Of a DNA stretch of 64,000 bases, positions 1-12,566 are shown piece by piece; the first letter of the stretch is position 1, and each line of letters starts with the position of its first letter. The stretch is from Trichodelitschia bisporula (taxonomy: Eukaryota). The notes below the pieces were generated by a model. It ran no database searches and was not told the origin of the DNA. It saw only the letters and a list, made by a program, of their open reading frames with translations. Both the position numbers and the translations under genes were made by a program. The stretch is from assembly GCA_010356995.1 (NCBI GenBank), contig ML996694.1:991224-1055223 (forward strand). Direction: 5' to 3'.

Positions 1-610
1 GAGCAGATGCAGTGTTGGGATATTTCGTGTTCTCCTAGTCCAACTGGGTATGCTTCCTTCAAATGGTGGTGGTAATTTCGTTGAAGTCCTCCCCAACTCC
101 CTTATCAGATTCATCGCTTCCAGTGCTGCCGAGCGCTCTTAATGCATGTTAATCTTCTTGGCTTGATGCAAAGCCGGTCGAAGTCAGTTATCGCATATCT
201 GAAATCTGGTATGCCAAAGAGTGACCTCTCACCTATCACGCTTCCAGCACAGAATTTCAGATTTAATCCATGAGTCTCTCGAGTAAAAAGCCTCTGACGA
301 AGGTCACTGCTCCTACTCTTATCTTCGAGGGAGATATGGCAAGGTGTTAGTGATACTTCCCCATCAAAGTCATGCAGCGATATCAAATTGATGCCTGAGG
401 CATACATGGCGCCTATGACGCACTTGTTGCGGCAGCCTCGCAGTTGCAGGAACGCGTGAAGGAAAGCAGCATTGGTATCCTTGGAACTGATTTACACATG
501 CTTCCCCGCTTCACCTCATAAACTTATACTTGACTTCCTTCTCGTACATAAAGTACCTCCGAGCTTGCTCATTACTTCACCCCCAATTCGAGATCAAGCG
601 CTTGCGCACG

Positions 611-1802
611 ATGCTCCGCACAGCCGGTCGCTCTCTCTCGCGCCCCCTCGTTGCGGGGCAAGTCCGCCAGGGCATCAGCTCCAGCCCGCTTCAAGTGCAA
701 TTCTCATCGAAGCTCTGCACAGCCAGCTCCAAGCGGCCTTCACCACTTTCAGCCTCCAATGCGCCCACTGCCGTGTCCTTGCTTCGACGCCATTATGCTC
801 AATCTAAGTGGGATAAAGTAGACAAAAAGGCTGAAGAGAAACTCGCGAAAGCAAAGATAAAACCCACCCCGGAGACCGTCAGCACCGAGTCCTCGATACG
901 TCCCGTTTTCACTGAAGTCGGGGAGGAAGCACAAGACAATACCAAACCTGTAAAACATGGGTTGAAGGACGATCTGGTGCGCCCCAATTGATAGCGAAAG
1001 AAAGCTGAACTGACTGTTGCCAGACCACGATCCGTTCTGCCTTCGACCTCACTGATGTCCCACCACAGGCGTACTACATGGGGTTGGCCGGCGTTGTTCC
1101 ATATGTGGTAACATCACTAACGACTGTATTCGCTGCGCGAGAGATTCATGTTGCGTCCGACTGGGGACGCGGGATGTTTTTGACGCAAGAGAGTGCAGAA
1201 ACACTCCTTCACCTTCTCGAGCCGCTGCAGGTTGGCTACGGCGCAGTCGTATGTATACCCCGTTCCCAAAAGTCTAGTTGCAGCTTGTCTAACCGCCCCA
1301 GATACTCTCCTTTCTCGGAGCGATACACTGGGGACTCGAGTTTGCCGGCTATGGCGGGCATCAGGGTTACCGCCGCTATGCCATCGGCGTTGTCGCCCCG
1401 GCAATCGCGTGGCCTACCATTTTTCTGCCTACGGAATACGCTCTCATCACCCAGTTCATTGGGTTCACCGGGTTGTACTACGTAGACGCATTGACCGGCC
1501 GAAAAGGATGGGCTCCAGCGTGGTATGGAACGTACCGGTTCATGCTGACTTTCATTGTGGGAGCCAGCCTTGTCGTCAGCCTGGTTGGACGTGGGCAGAT
1601 TGCGGACCACCTTCACTCGCAGAGGAAACCCGCCGAGATGATGACTCAATGGAAGGATACGAAGGAGCAAAAACTTGCGGAAGAGGTAGAGTTCGAAACG
1701 AGGGCTGCGGTGAAGAAGCAGGAAGGCAAGGAGAATGCGGAGAGTGAAGCGGCTGAGGAAACCAAAGGTGACGATGGGGACGAGGACAGCGAGAAGAAGT
1801 GA
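611..1802 (+). CDS. DUF3429 / TMEM69-like mitochondrial membrane protein (3 exons: 611-976, 1024-1248, 1302-1802; ~363 aa)
   Basis: Arg/Ser-rich N-terminus resembling a mitochondrial presequence (MLRTAGRSLSRPL...). Two GT..AG introns with branch sites join three frames into GLAGVVPY...YGAVILSFLGAIHWGLEF...WYGTYRFMLT, the DUF3429 pattern. Confidence 0.85.
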
Positions 1803-2256
1803 TGTGGACGCGGCTATACCATGGTTCTCATTGTTTATCCCTCAGTGCAAGGTTGCAAGGCGTTGGAAGTTTTTCTCACGGTCTAAGGGAAGAAAGTTGA
1901 GCCCTTTGGCTTGTCTCCCTCTACCATTTTGTTGAAATTTCTCGAGAGCGTAAACACGGCATAATTATGGTCAATAGGTTAATCATAGTACTTTGCTTCC
2001 TGAATCAGTGAACAAATTAGCACAATGCTACACCCCCAGGAGCGCCATGCATCCGTAAAGAGGCGAGCACCATGAGGCATATCGCTTGTTCTCTGGCTGT
2101 TTTCAGGATTGATAGTTCCGCCAAACCGGCGCGAGCCAACTGAAATGTCGGATCAACGGACACTTACTACATTCGACTAGTGACGAGAGCAGCATGACGA
2201 AGTGGCGTCCCCAGCGCCTTCCCCGCGTGAACGTCCAACGCGTGCATCGTCATGCC

Positions 2257-2284
2257 CACCGGGGGCTTCCCCGGTGCGTATAAA
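2257..2284 (+). promoter_or_regulatory. Inverted pair of CreA/Mig1-type sites next to the TATA box of glycerol kinase
   Basis: CACCGGGG-gctt-CCCCGGTG is a perfect 8-bp inverted repeat. Each arm holds CCGGGG, which fits SYGGRG. TATAAA follows at 2279-2284. Confidence 0.45.
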
Positions 2285-2537
2285 TGCTGTACAGGTTTGG
2301 CGTCCCGCAGTCGTGGTTCACGGTGATCTAAATATCTTTCAATCTCTCCGGCTCTGAGGTACCTAAACTGCTTCTATCAGATTCCAATTAACCTACGCGG
2401 TATGTTGGCTTACGCGAGCCATAACGGCCCGCCCACCCGTCTGAGAGCGCGGTCTTGCTAACTTATTCCCGGTTCGGCGGGCAGAGAAGCCGCTACGCCT
2501 GTCTTGAGCTCATTTACGCCCGTGCATATACGTACTC

Positions 2538-4353
2538 ATGGCCGCTGCTGAAGTCAGCCATAAGGACCTTGAGACCGGCCCGCCGACCGGTTCTGAGAAA
2601 CACACGAATGGCGTCGGTTCAAAGGTCAAAGCACATCGAACGAAGGATGCCCAACATGGAGATAAAGACCTGCTGCAGAACGTCTTCATTGGCGCAATCG
2701 ATGCCGGAACGACAAGTTCCCGATTCCTAATTCTCGACGGGGCTGGAACTCCGGTTGCCCAACATCAGATTGAGCTTGACCAGTCGTATCCACGTCCCGG
2801 GTGAGCCCCACCTAGGCTTGGCTGTTATGCTCTATTTGTGATTTGTTGACTGACTTCCGTCTATAGCTGGCACGAGCATGACCCGCAACAGCTCATCGAT
2901 TCGGTGCGCGAATGCATGGAAAAGGCAACAGCGGACTTCACCAGTAAAGGGCACGATGTATCAGACATACGGGCCATAGGCATCACCAACCAACGAGAGA
3001 CGACGCTCGTGTGGGATACGGAAACGGGAGAGCCGCTGCACCCCGCAATCGCTTGGCCGGACACTCGGACGCAAGCGCTCGTTCGAGAGCTGAAGGAGCG
3101 GGAAGGAGCTGATGAGCTCCGGGAACTGTGCGGTCTGCCGCTGTCAACATATCCGTCGGCTGTTAAGCTCGTGTGGCTGCTTCGAAACGTCGATGCCGTC
3201 CGTGAAGCGTACGAGGCGGGCCGGCTTTCCTTCGGCACGGTCGATACCTGGTTGCTGTACCACCTCAATGGAGGGCTCGAGGAGAAATCCAACGTAACGG
3301 ATGCGACGAATGCGTCCCGGACTATGTTTATGAATTTGCATACTCTGGAGTACGACGACAAGCTGTTAGACTTCTTCAACTTAGACAGGAACAAGCTGCG
3401 GCTGCCAAAAATTGTGCCCTCGTCCTCTCCAGACGCTTTTGGAAAAGTTTCAGAGGGTTCGCTCCGCGGAGTTCGCATCACTGGTTGCCTGGGCGACCAA
3501 TCGGCAGCGATGGTAGGGCAAAAGGCTTTCACTCCCGGTTCGGCAAAGAATACTTATGGAACGGGGTGCTTTCTGCTGTACAACGTGGGCGAGGAACCGG
3601 TAATCTCGAAGCATGGCCTATTGGCCACGGTTGCCTACCATTTCGGCCGAGATAAGAAGCCCGTTTACGCCCTGGAGGGATCTATAGCCGTGGCCGGGAG
3701 TGGTGTCAAGTTCCTGATGAACAACCTCGGCTTCGTTGAGCAGAGCCACGAAATTACTGACCTTGCGGCGACGGTAGAGGATAACGGCGGTTGTGTATTC
3801 GTCACAGCCTTCAGCGGACTCTTTGCGCCGTACTGGATCGACGACGCTAAGGGCACCATCTTCGGCATTACGCAACACACCACGCAGGGTCATATTGCGC
3901 GAGCGACGCTAGAAGCAACTTGCTTCCAGACTAAGGCAATACTGGACGCAATGGCAAAAGATAGCGGTCAGCCATTGGCCGAACTCGCCGTTGATGGGGG
4001 GATGAGCGCTTCCGATTTGTGTATGCAGGTGTGTATCTTTTTCTTCACTATATGGTCGGTAGATAGCTAACCGGCTACATTAGACGCAGGCCGACATCAT
4101 CAATATCCCAGTCGTCCGGCCGGCCATGAGGGAAACTACCTCTTTGGGCGCAGCTTTCGCGGCCGGCTTCGCAGTGGGTATCTGGAAGGAGTTCCACGAG
4201 CTGGAGAGTATTAACCAAAAGGGACGGACAGTTTTCGAGCCAGATATCTCGGAGAAAAAGAGCGCCAAAATGTTCAAGAAGTGGTCGAAAGCCGTCGAGA
4301 TGTGCCGCGGGTGGAGCGACGAGGACGAGGATGATGCTTCGGACCAGGAATAG
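2538..4353 (+). CDS. GUT1: Glycerol kinase (exons 2538-2800, 2867-4028, 4084-4353; ~564 aa); probable 5'UTR intron 2400-2484
   Basis: FGGY kinase motifs IGAIDAGTTSSR, GITNQRETT, DATNASRTM, KNTYGTGCF, YALEGS, FSGLFAPYW, VDGG and ETTSLGAA. Canonical introns restore the frame. Confidence 0.97.
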
Positions 4354-7004
4354 GGTGTGTGGGTGGGTCGACAGCTTGGACGCAATCGTTTCGCCCGAAC
4401 TGACGCTTTTCTCAATGCCGTCTCCTGGTGTCTTTCATCTGACTGTGCCCGTCTCATGTCGCATGTCCAGACCTAGGAACTGTTGTGACAGGCCGAGGAG
4501 AAAAAGTGGGGATTGGTCTCTGCTGTCTTCATGCGTAGACACTTGGAGTCCTTCTCGCGACCGCCGAGGTGATGAAGCAACCCCTCGGGCAGACACATCA
4601 TCTAACGTACGGCGTACTACGGGTTCGGGAGAGTGGTGGGTGTTTTGCTCCACTAAATGCATCTCGATCGAAGAAGCTGCTGGACAGAGTAGGACGTCGC
4701 TCTCCTCAACTCCTTACAGGTTTTCCCCCGCATTCCCGTCGCTTCGGGAGCGGCACGACGCCTCGCGCCCCTCCATCGGACCTGGCTCCAAACCATTCAA
4801 GATGCACAATGCGGCAGCGCTTCTAGGCCGTCCAGCCACGGCCGTGCACTAGCCGCGGGTTAAGCGGAACAACAGAGCAGCGGCGGGGCGGCAGCGCGGA
4901 AGACTGATACCGCTCACGGGTTGTGAAGCAAAATTCCTCCATTGCGCGCTAGATGTCTGCAGTAGAGCAAGTCTGTGTGTGGGAGACACGGTTAAAACGA
5001 CCTGAAACGCGGCCCATCCCGACCGTTCCGCAGAACTTTCCTGTTGCCTCTTGCATATTCGGACTGGGAGAGCGAGTGCTGCCCCCAGGCCTTTTTGCCG
5101 ATAGATCTATCATTTCATCAATTGCTAAACAGCCGCCAGACGCACGGCTGCCAGTTGTGGCGCTTGGCGGCCGTTATTGCGGCCCTTCAATTGATAGCTG
5201 CCGAAGCGCGGGGTTGATCCCGGGGTGTGATAAGTACGCAATCACCAGCCGAGCAGCGGATATGCCCTTCTTGATTCGAAACCAGCAATGGCAGATCACG
5301 TATATGATCGCTTTTTATGCAAGCCCCCGGGCCTCCTCTCGCTTCTTCCACGTGCAAAAAGTCGATCAGGCCACGGCTACATTGCTGTCGTTTAGGTTGC
5401 GGAAGAAGCGAATGCGGGCACCGGGCTGTGCGGACACGGGTCTTCCGACCTGTTCAACCCATCCATACTACGAAAGCAATTTCGCAGTGACCAGCTGTGA
5501 TATTGCGAAAGGTACGCACGATGGCGATGGTGACGAAATGGTGTTGAGTTTGGCCGCCTTGTGCGACCGAATATGTGCGCGTCGTTGGGGAGTGTGGAGT
5601 GACACTGACAAGGCACCTCGCCTCGGCCTTGCCGAACCGCGTCGCAGAGTCCTGATCCCGGATCCTCACCCCCGAAGACCACGATCCCCCGCATTTCGCA
5701 AGCTTCCGGCCCCGCGCCCGACAGCCGCGGAAGCGCGCTGGCGCCAGTCCTTCCGCTGCGTGTTCCCTGACAGGCGTCGGCAGCTTCGCTTCCATTCCGA
5801 GATCGCCTGTCTGCGCCTGGGGCCAGACGTGCGGAGAGCGTGGAGGGGAGGCTGGGGATGGTGGACTGGCGGGCTCTCCCCCGCCACTCCGGTGCTCTAG
5901 CGGCCTTCTGTGACGCTTCTAGAAGCATTCTCCGCCCGGATTGTCGCGCGGCGGGGCGCGGCACTATCGCCGAGGAACCCTGGATGCTGGGATCCTGCAA
6001 GGCTGATGCAGCGTCAGGTACGGGCCTTGAACGCTGAACATTCTGCTTTCTGTTTTCGCACGTTCCTTTCACCGGATTCCCTATTCTGTGGGCTGCCCCA
6101 CATGGCTCTTGATGAGGACGAGGGCTTTTGACTTGCGTGATTTGCCCTGGCTCGAACTGGATGGAGGATTTTATGAGCTGCCCGGCAAAGTGTACGTGGA
6201 TTTAACGGCGCGAGCCAATCACCTTGCCGGTTCGCGCGTTTTTCGTTCAGCACGTCTGTCTATCTCCCGAGGTTTTCTGCTCGCTTTCATATCAACATGG
6301 GACGCAGCGTGCCATCCACCCCGCGCTTAATATTCTCGAATGACGCTCAGTCCTGCAGTCCCATAACGTGGTTTCTCTCTTTTCTTTTTCCTTCCTATTG
6401 GGCTTTAACTCCTGCCTCAAACGAGTAAATGATGCTCTCAGTCCTCGCAACTCTATTGCTCCTGTAGGAGACATTGAGCACTACCCTAGCGGGACGCCAT
6501 AGCACACGGCCTTTCTTTTTGCATCATTACTCTACGGTCCTCAGCGGCGTATGGCTGATTGCTCCAAGATATTTCAACATCTGACCGGAGTGACCACGTC
6601 CGGGGTGTTTCCACACAACTTTACCCAGCAGCGAGCTGTGCTCTTCCCCCCCCTCCACATACGCCATGCCCATCCCCACAAGGTCCACGTCCCTCCATAA
6701 CGGCGCAGCAGCGTGCAAGGACCCAAAAAATGCAAAAAATTGGCTTTTCCCCCATCCCTACCGATCCAATTCCATATCCACGCGCACAACGTGCATGCCC
6801 TGTCCCTCGCTCGATCACGAGTAAAAGACCAGGACCCGCTCATTGCCAAACAGGCACACACGCCGCCAAACATTCGCGCCCCGTTCCGTCCGCTAGGGCA
6901 CCCATACCGCGGGTGCGTCACCGATGGGTTCGCTCCCCCAGGCTCAGCCCAGCGGCAATATCCCGGCCCTGCTGGCCCACGGCTGCGGAGCGGGAGGTGA
7001 GATA

Positions 7005-7010
7005 TATAAA
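7005..7010 (+). promoter_or_regulatory. Putative TATA box of the small Cys-rich gene
   Basis: TATAAA followed by a CT-rich leader, about 240 nt before the ATG at 7249. Confidence 0.5.
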
Positions 7011-7248
7011 CGCCCCCGCCACTACCTGCAGCATGCCTTGCCGCACAATAGCTTCCGTTCTCTGTCTCGCCGCAACAACACTTCTGGCAATTGCTTCGCT
7101 GCCTTGTTTGCTTCCTTTGTTGCGTCTTTACTTCTCAAACCCTCTTACGCCCTTTTATTCTCCAGCCTAGTCCTGACTTCTCCCTCCTCCGGCCTCTCTC
7201 ACCACATCTCACCACCACTACAACCAACCCTTACCACCACACCGAACC

Positions 7249-7567
7249 ATGTGCGACTACACCCAAGTCGAATACGCCTGCGGGCACCTCCGCTACACCG
7301 TGAAGGCCTGGTGCACGCGCTACCAAGAAACCCACCGCCGCTGCCCCGCCAACGTAATCGCCATGTGCGTCTCCCTCCCCCTTTCCCTCCCTCCATATAC
7401 CCCTCCCTCCATTTATCCCCCCACAGTCCCTCCCTCCATACCCCTCCCCTCTCCCCATAGCCCCCACTGACACCCCCCCCAGCGAACACCGCCTCGACGA
7501 AAAATGCGGCGACTGCCGCGACACCTCCACCCGCCACGGCCCCTCCGCCTACGGCATGTCAAGGTAG
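7249..7567 (+). CDS. Small Cys/His-rich hypothetical protein, 66 aa (exons 7249-7364, 7483-7567)
   Basis: Spliced product MCDYTQVEYACGHLRYTVKAWCTRYQETHRRCPANVIAIEHRLDEKCGDCRDTSTRHGPSAYGMSR. Intron GTGCGT..ACTGAC..CAG, strongly C-ending codons, ACC-ATG context. Confidence 0.8.
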
Positions 7568-8268
7568 ACCCACCCCACCCCACTACGCCAGGGGGAGGCC
7601 TGAGCAGATCTTGCCAGCCGGCCGGAGTCCCAGTTCGAGTCCGCGAAAGCAAATGGCAGCGAGAGAACAGCGCGGCTGGACCGCACGCATTGCAACGACT
7701 TCGTCCGGAACGCAGAACGCATCGCGTAGGCGCGCTCAAGATCTGCCCGGGCTTCTCTCTGGTTGGCCTGTTCAGAGCTGTGAGCTGTGCTGATCCCCGA
7801 AGCTACGCGAAGGCGCATAAGCTCTATTAGGAGCCGCGAGAGAAGCCGGATGCGAAGAGGGGGAACGAGATGGGGAGCGGGCCCGAGCCATGAGGAGAGA
7901 GCCCGGGCCGTGGGGAGGATGATGGGACATGCTGCTAAGCTCTCAACTGCACGATCGCGAAACGGCGGGTTGCCCCGCGGCATGCGCCTGCATTCAGTAG
8001 CCCGCGTTCCGCTGGCTGGACCACCATGTGGCTATTTTGGGCCGGAGTCGTGGGCGGAATGTGGGGGGCAAAGGAGGTGCGTGGACTGGAGCCATGCGCG
8101 CCCGTTTGGCGGTGGGGAAGGCATGCAGGACGGCGCTGGGCGCCGGTGTACCAGTGTGCTAGGCTGCGGCGTGGGGGGTGCGGTCGCGGTTGGGTGTTTC
8201 AGATGCGGAGGAGACTGTGGCGGGTGTGGGCTGGAGCTGATGGGAGTGGGGGCATTACTCGTGCCCCT

Positions 8269-8306
<38 letters not shown>

Positions 8307-8316
8307 NNNNNNNNNN

Positions 8317-8352
<36 letters not shown>
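8269..8352. repeat. Poly-G tract spanning an assembly gap
   Basis: Long G runs on both sides of 10 Ns. Confidence 0.95.
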
Positions 8353-8353
<1 letters not shown>

Positions 8354-10004
8354 CGAGGCTTGTGGGGTTTATCAGTGCGGGAGCGGGGGATCATTCATCG
8401 GCATTGGATTTCCTTTTCGTGGAGTGCTATTCCAAAAAGTTAGGGGGCGGGCGGTTTGCGTCGGCGTTTGCATATAGAATTCCGGCTGACGGGCGGCGCA
8501 GGGGGGATTGGTTCCTTTCGCCGGTGTGGGGGTGTACGAGTACTGTAGGATTTGGGATAGACGGGTGGAGTTCGTAGAGTGCTTAATCGTAAATCCTCCT
8601 CTTTTTCCCGCGCGTGAGTTTCAGATTGTTCAGCGACTGCATACCGCCTTTCCGGCATCTAGCGATGTTTCCATGTGCAAGCTCCCCGTAAGGCTGGCCG
8701 CGGCCCCACAGCTGCGTCCGCCCGCCACGCGCGCTGATAGGTCGCACGCGGGGCACGGCTGCAGGAGATCGGACACAGCGCCCACATGCACGGCACGGCT
8801 TCGCGCGCGGCGCAACTGCGAACCCAAGGCGTCACCCGTCCGTCGTGCTGAGCAACATCGCCAAACGCAAGTAATGTTCGCCGTCACCCATCCCCCAGGA
8901 AGGCTTGCAATTCCAAATGCCCCCAGGGACCTTAACGGGAAATACCATCTGGGGCATTGATCCACCCACGCCGCAGGAGGCAATGCTCACGAGGTGGACT
9001 AACGCCGAGGGTGCGGTGGTGGAGTGCATGAGTGGTGGTGTGGCAGGCGTGGCGAGCGCACGACGTTTGACGGGCGGCCGTGCGCCAGCTTCAAGAATGC
9101 GAGAGGCGGGCAGGGCTCAACGCCCAGACCACGCAAATTTGCCCAACGGGAACTGCATCGCGACACACTGCCATCCCTTAGCGGCGCGCAAGCTACGACT
9201 CAAGGCAGCGCTGAGCGCGAGGTCCCATTTAGCGTTGTTCCCCAGCCGCCGGATTATTCGAGAAGGGAACGTTTCATGTCGTTCTACGCCACATGGGCAC
9301 CTCTGATATTTGCCACTCAGCGCGAGGTGCTGACACTTTATTCTAATCCCGTGCTCGCTCCGGTGCGCAACCATGCGAGGTTTCGCGCCACGTTCCAGAG
9401 GTTCATTCGTTGAGGTTTGAACCGTGCGAGCGAGCACGAGACTGGGACCGGGAACGAGGGTTACTGATCGCGAGTCGAAGGATCGTGGAAACCACATGGC
9501 GGGCTGGTTCAGATGTCCGTGTGGGCGACGAGGGGAGGCGAGGCTGGGCGGAGTTTAGCTGTACGGTACGTAGCAAGTACTTTGGTACATCCTACTATGT
9601 ACATTGCACGGACTTCAGTGGATAGACGGTCGTAGAAAGCGTCCGAAGGTACCTTGAGAAAATGTAATACCGGGTGGCCAATGAAACATGTAGATTTAGT
9701 AACATAAGGCCGGCGAGAAAGTGAGCATTGTTTACCTCTCGAGCATCGGGACAGGGGCCGACATGGAGCTCCGAACAGGCCACCTATGCCCAGATCTTGG
9801 CTGGGACCATGTGTCGTCGTCAATCTTGACACCGAGGGGCACAGGACCACTCCGGCGGGCGAACTAAAATCAAACCGTGGCCCGGAATCCGGTGGGGCTT
9901 TGCTTGAGGCGCGCAGGCCGAACCCCGTCGGTTCAGCCGGGAAATGGCGCTACGGATAGCCGTTACTCGTAGCCTCGTCCCGACTCGCTCGTGGCATGAT
10001 ATTG

Positions 10005-11017
10005 CTAAGATGCGAAGGCCGGGAATGCTCGTCGACGTCCAGATTTCTGTGACATGGTGTTTGTGTTCTCAAACTCGTTCTTAGGCACCGGTTCCTTGAG
10101 ATCATGAAACTGTAGGTTGCCCGATCTCGGCTCGTACCCCGAGATTGTATCCAGTTCCTGTTTCATCCTTTTCCATTGTCGCGGGTTTAATGCGAAGTCG
10201 TTGTCAACATCTTGTACCGTGTGTTGGATGTGCACGTACCTCCATCGACCTTCATCTCGTAACTTGGACTCTCAAAGAGCTGCTGTGCACCTTCTCAGCT
10301 TCCATAGGACCAGCAGCCGGAAGACGTCGGTCGCCATCAGGTGAACGTCAGCACTTGAACGCGTGGCAGATGCTCGAACTTCGACCTCTTGGGCAATGGA
10401 CTTCAGCCTCTTAGGTATCGGACTTCAACATCTGAGGTCTGGACTTCCTCAGATCCATAGAATCAATGACTGACAACGGCACCTTCGTACAGGCTAGTGC
10501 AGACGAGAGCAACATGGCCAGTTGCTATACATGATACCTAGTCACGGAGCCGACGGTTTTGCTGCAGAGCATACTTACTGCAGAGCATCTCTCACACACA
10601 TCATCGCTCCGCCGGGCCATGAGAAAGCGTCGCCATCCTGCAGCATGAACCGTCGAGCAGCTACAGCCCGGTCACGAAGCTAGCATACTCCGGGCAGGCG
10701 CTCAGTTCAGAGCTCAGCCTATCTGGACCTGGAAGAGCCTGCAAGATAGCGCTTGATGTTGAACATCGTCCGGTCCCGCACATGGTCGTCGTCCGCGCAG
10801 TGTTTGCCCAGTCATTATCGGCAGGGCTAGCGGCACAAGAGATCTGGGCGAAGACTTCGAACCTAACGGATAGGACGCCCGGCGTGCTGGGACGCGTAAA
10901 GGTGCATCGGTTGATGTGATGTGATAGGTGGAATGGGCGTGGCCGCTCCGCGCGAAGGAATGCCGGAGCGGTGTTTTCTTCATGATTTCGTCCGGATGAG
11001 GATTGTTCTTTGCACAA
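10005..11017 (-). pseudogene. Possible decayed protein-coding gene of unknown family
   Basis: Protein-like segments on the minus strand (LKSIAQEVEV...FRLLVLWKLRRCTAAL*ESKLRDEGRWRYVHIQH...WKRMKQELDTI in one frame across one TGA, and LSACPEYASFVTGL upstream). No intact model. Confidence 0.25.
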
Positions 11018-11621
11018 GCGGCATTTAGATAATGCGGCAGAGAACAGATTCGGTAGAAGGGGGCTTATCGATAGATATGGACGTTTGATCGTTTGATGCG
11101 GTGAGTGAGGACAGTGGTGGTGAGGGTGAAAGTGAAAGATGAAGGTGGTGGTGTTTAGCGGGTAACAGACGGTAGAGGAGGATATGGAAGGGTGTCACAA
11201 GCCAGTGGGGCCCTGCCACTTTCCCATGCCCCGCCAAAAGACTTGCCTGAGTGTGGAGAGCTCTACGCAAACCACCAAGCCTTCCATCACCTTCTTTGTC
11301 CTGACTACCACGCACTGTAACCACTCTCCAGGCCACCACACCTGCATCTAAATCTACGCCAAGCGCTGCAAGTCTACAACAAATCTACAAGCCACTAAAC
11401 CTTCACCTCGAGCACATCTCACTCCTCTCTCCATTCCATCAACTCCATCTTGCTGCACCGCGACTTCATCCATTCCCACGCTCCACCATTACGCATCGTG
11501 CAGCCTCTCGGCTTGAGGCTTGCATCTTAGCAATACGCATTCACATATTGGCGTAGACTGCACTCCGACTCTTCCCTTTCGCAACTGCGCCGGAGCTCGT
11601 GTCAAGCTCACCACCGCCGCG

Positions 11622-12566
11622 ATGTCCATAAAGTGCGTATCCTGGGGCCGCTTCAGTGTCCATACACATCCCGCAAGCCGCCATCATGCCCCTCTCCTTC
11701 AAGCTTCCCTCAATGCTAACCCGTCCTCGTAGCTGGGTCATGCACTCCGAGACCGAGGGCTACACCAATCTCCCCGGGGAGCAGCGCCTCTACACCTCGC
11801 CTCCACGCACTGCCCTCACCCTCCAATCCATGAACAAATATCCCGGCAAAGAGCCCTTCTCAATCCAGAGCAGCACAGGATGCGTGCACTTGACAAACCG
11901 ACGGGTTCGTCTCCCACCTAAAACACTCCGCATCCACCCCGTCTAACCCGGGCCTAGATGATCTACCTCCCCGCCAACCCCACCCCCACATTCTCCTCCT
12001 TCGCCGCCCCCATTCTCAACCTCCACGACACTCACGTCGCAGCCCCCTTCTTCGGTCCAAACGTGTGGAGTTCCGTGGTACAGCCCGTCCCGGGCGGCAA
12101 CCTGCCACCGCAACACGCCGCCCTCGAGCTGAAACTCACCTTCAAGGACGGCGGCGCCTTCGACTTCCACTCGCTGTTCGAGCGGCTCAAGGAGCGCTGC
12201 CAGCAGGCGGTCGAGGTGGCGCGCGAGAGCGGCACGCTGTCGGGTGACGTGAATAGTGCGCAGGGGCCGGGCGTAGACGTGTTCCTGGACGAGCTGCCCG
12301 CGTATGAGGTTGCCACTGCGTCGCCCTCGGTTAGCCCAGGGGCTGCTACAACTATTGCGGCGACCGATGCGGTCTCGCCGCCCGGCCTGGCGCATGCTAG
12401 CGTGCCGGTTAGTCCTGTTACTGCTGGGGCGACATCACCGCGCGAGGAGCGGTTTGCGCCGCCGCAGGAGCCGCCGCCAGGGTACGAGGCTGTGCAGAAT
12501 CAAAGCGTGCAGGAGGAGCTGTGGAGCCGGTTGCGGCAGGAGTCGGAGCGGCGGCCGTCAGAGTAG
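11622..12566 (+). CDS. WW-domain-binding protein 2-like (GRAM/PH-like domain plus PY motifs; exons 11622-11632, 11733-11904, 11958-12566; ~263 aa)
   Basis: Spliced N-terminus MSINWVM, then GCVHLTNRRMIYLP, APFFGPN and LKLTFKDGGAFDF. C-terminal LPAY and PPPGY motifs. Canonical introns. Confidence 0.88.

Noticed and set aside
111..407. 98-aa minus-strand ORF at the window edge
   Set aside because: No recognisable motif or codon bias, and I could not build a consistent spliced model.
4953..5900. 315-aa plus-strand ORF
   Set aside because: Arg/Pro/Cys-rich random-looking composition and no codon bias. Long chance ORFs are common at this GC content.
7033..7170. 45-aa hydrophobic uORF before the Cys-rich gene
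   Set aside because: The ATG is only about 23 nt after the TATA box and probably upstream of the TSS. The hydrophobicity reflects the CT-rich leader.
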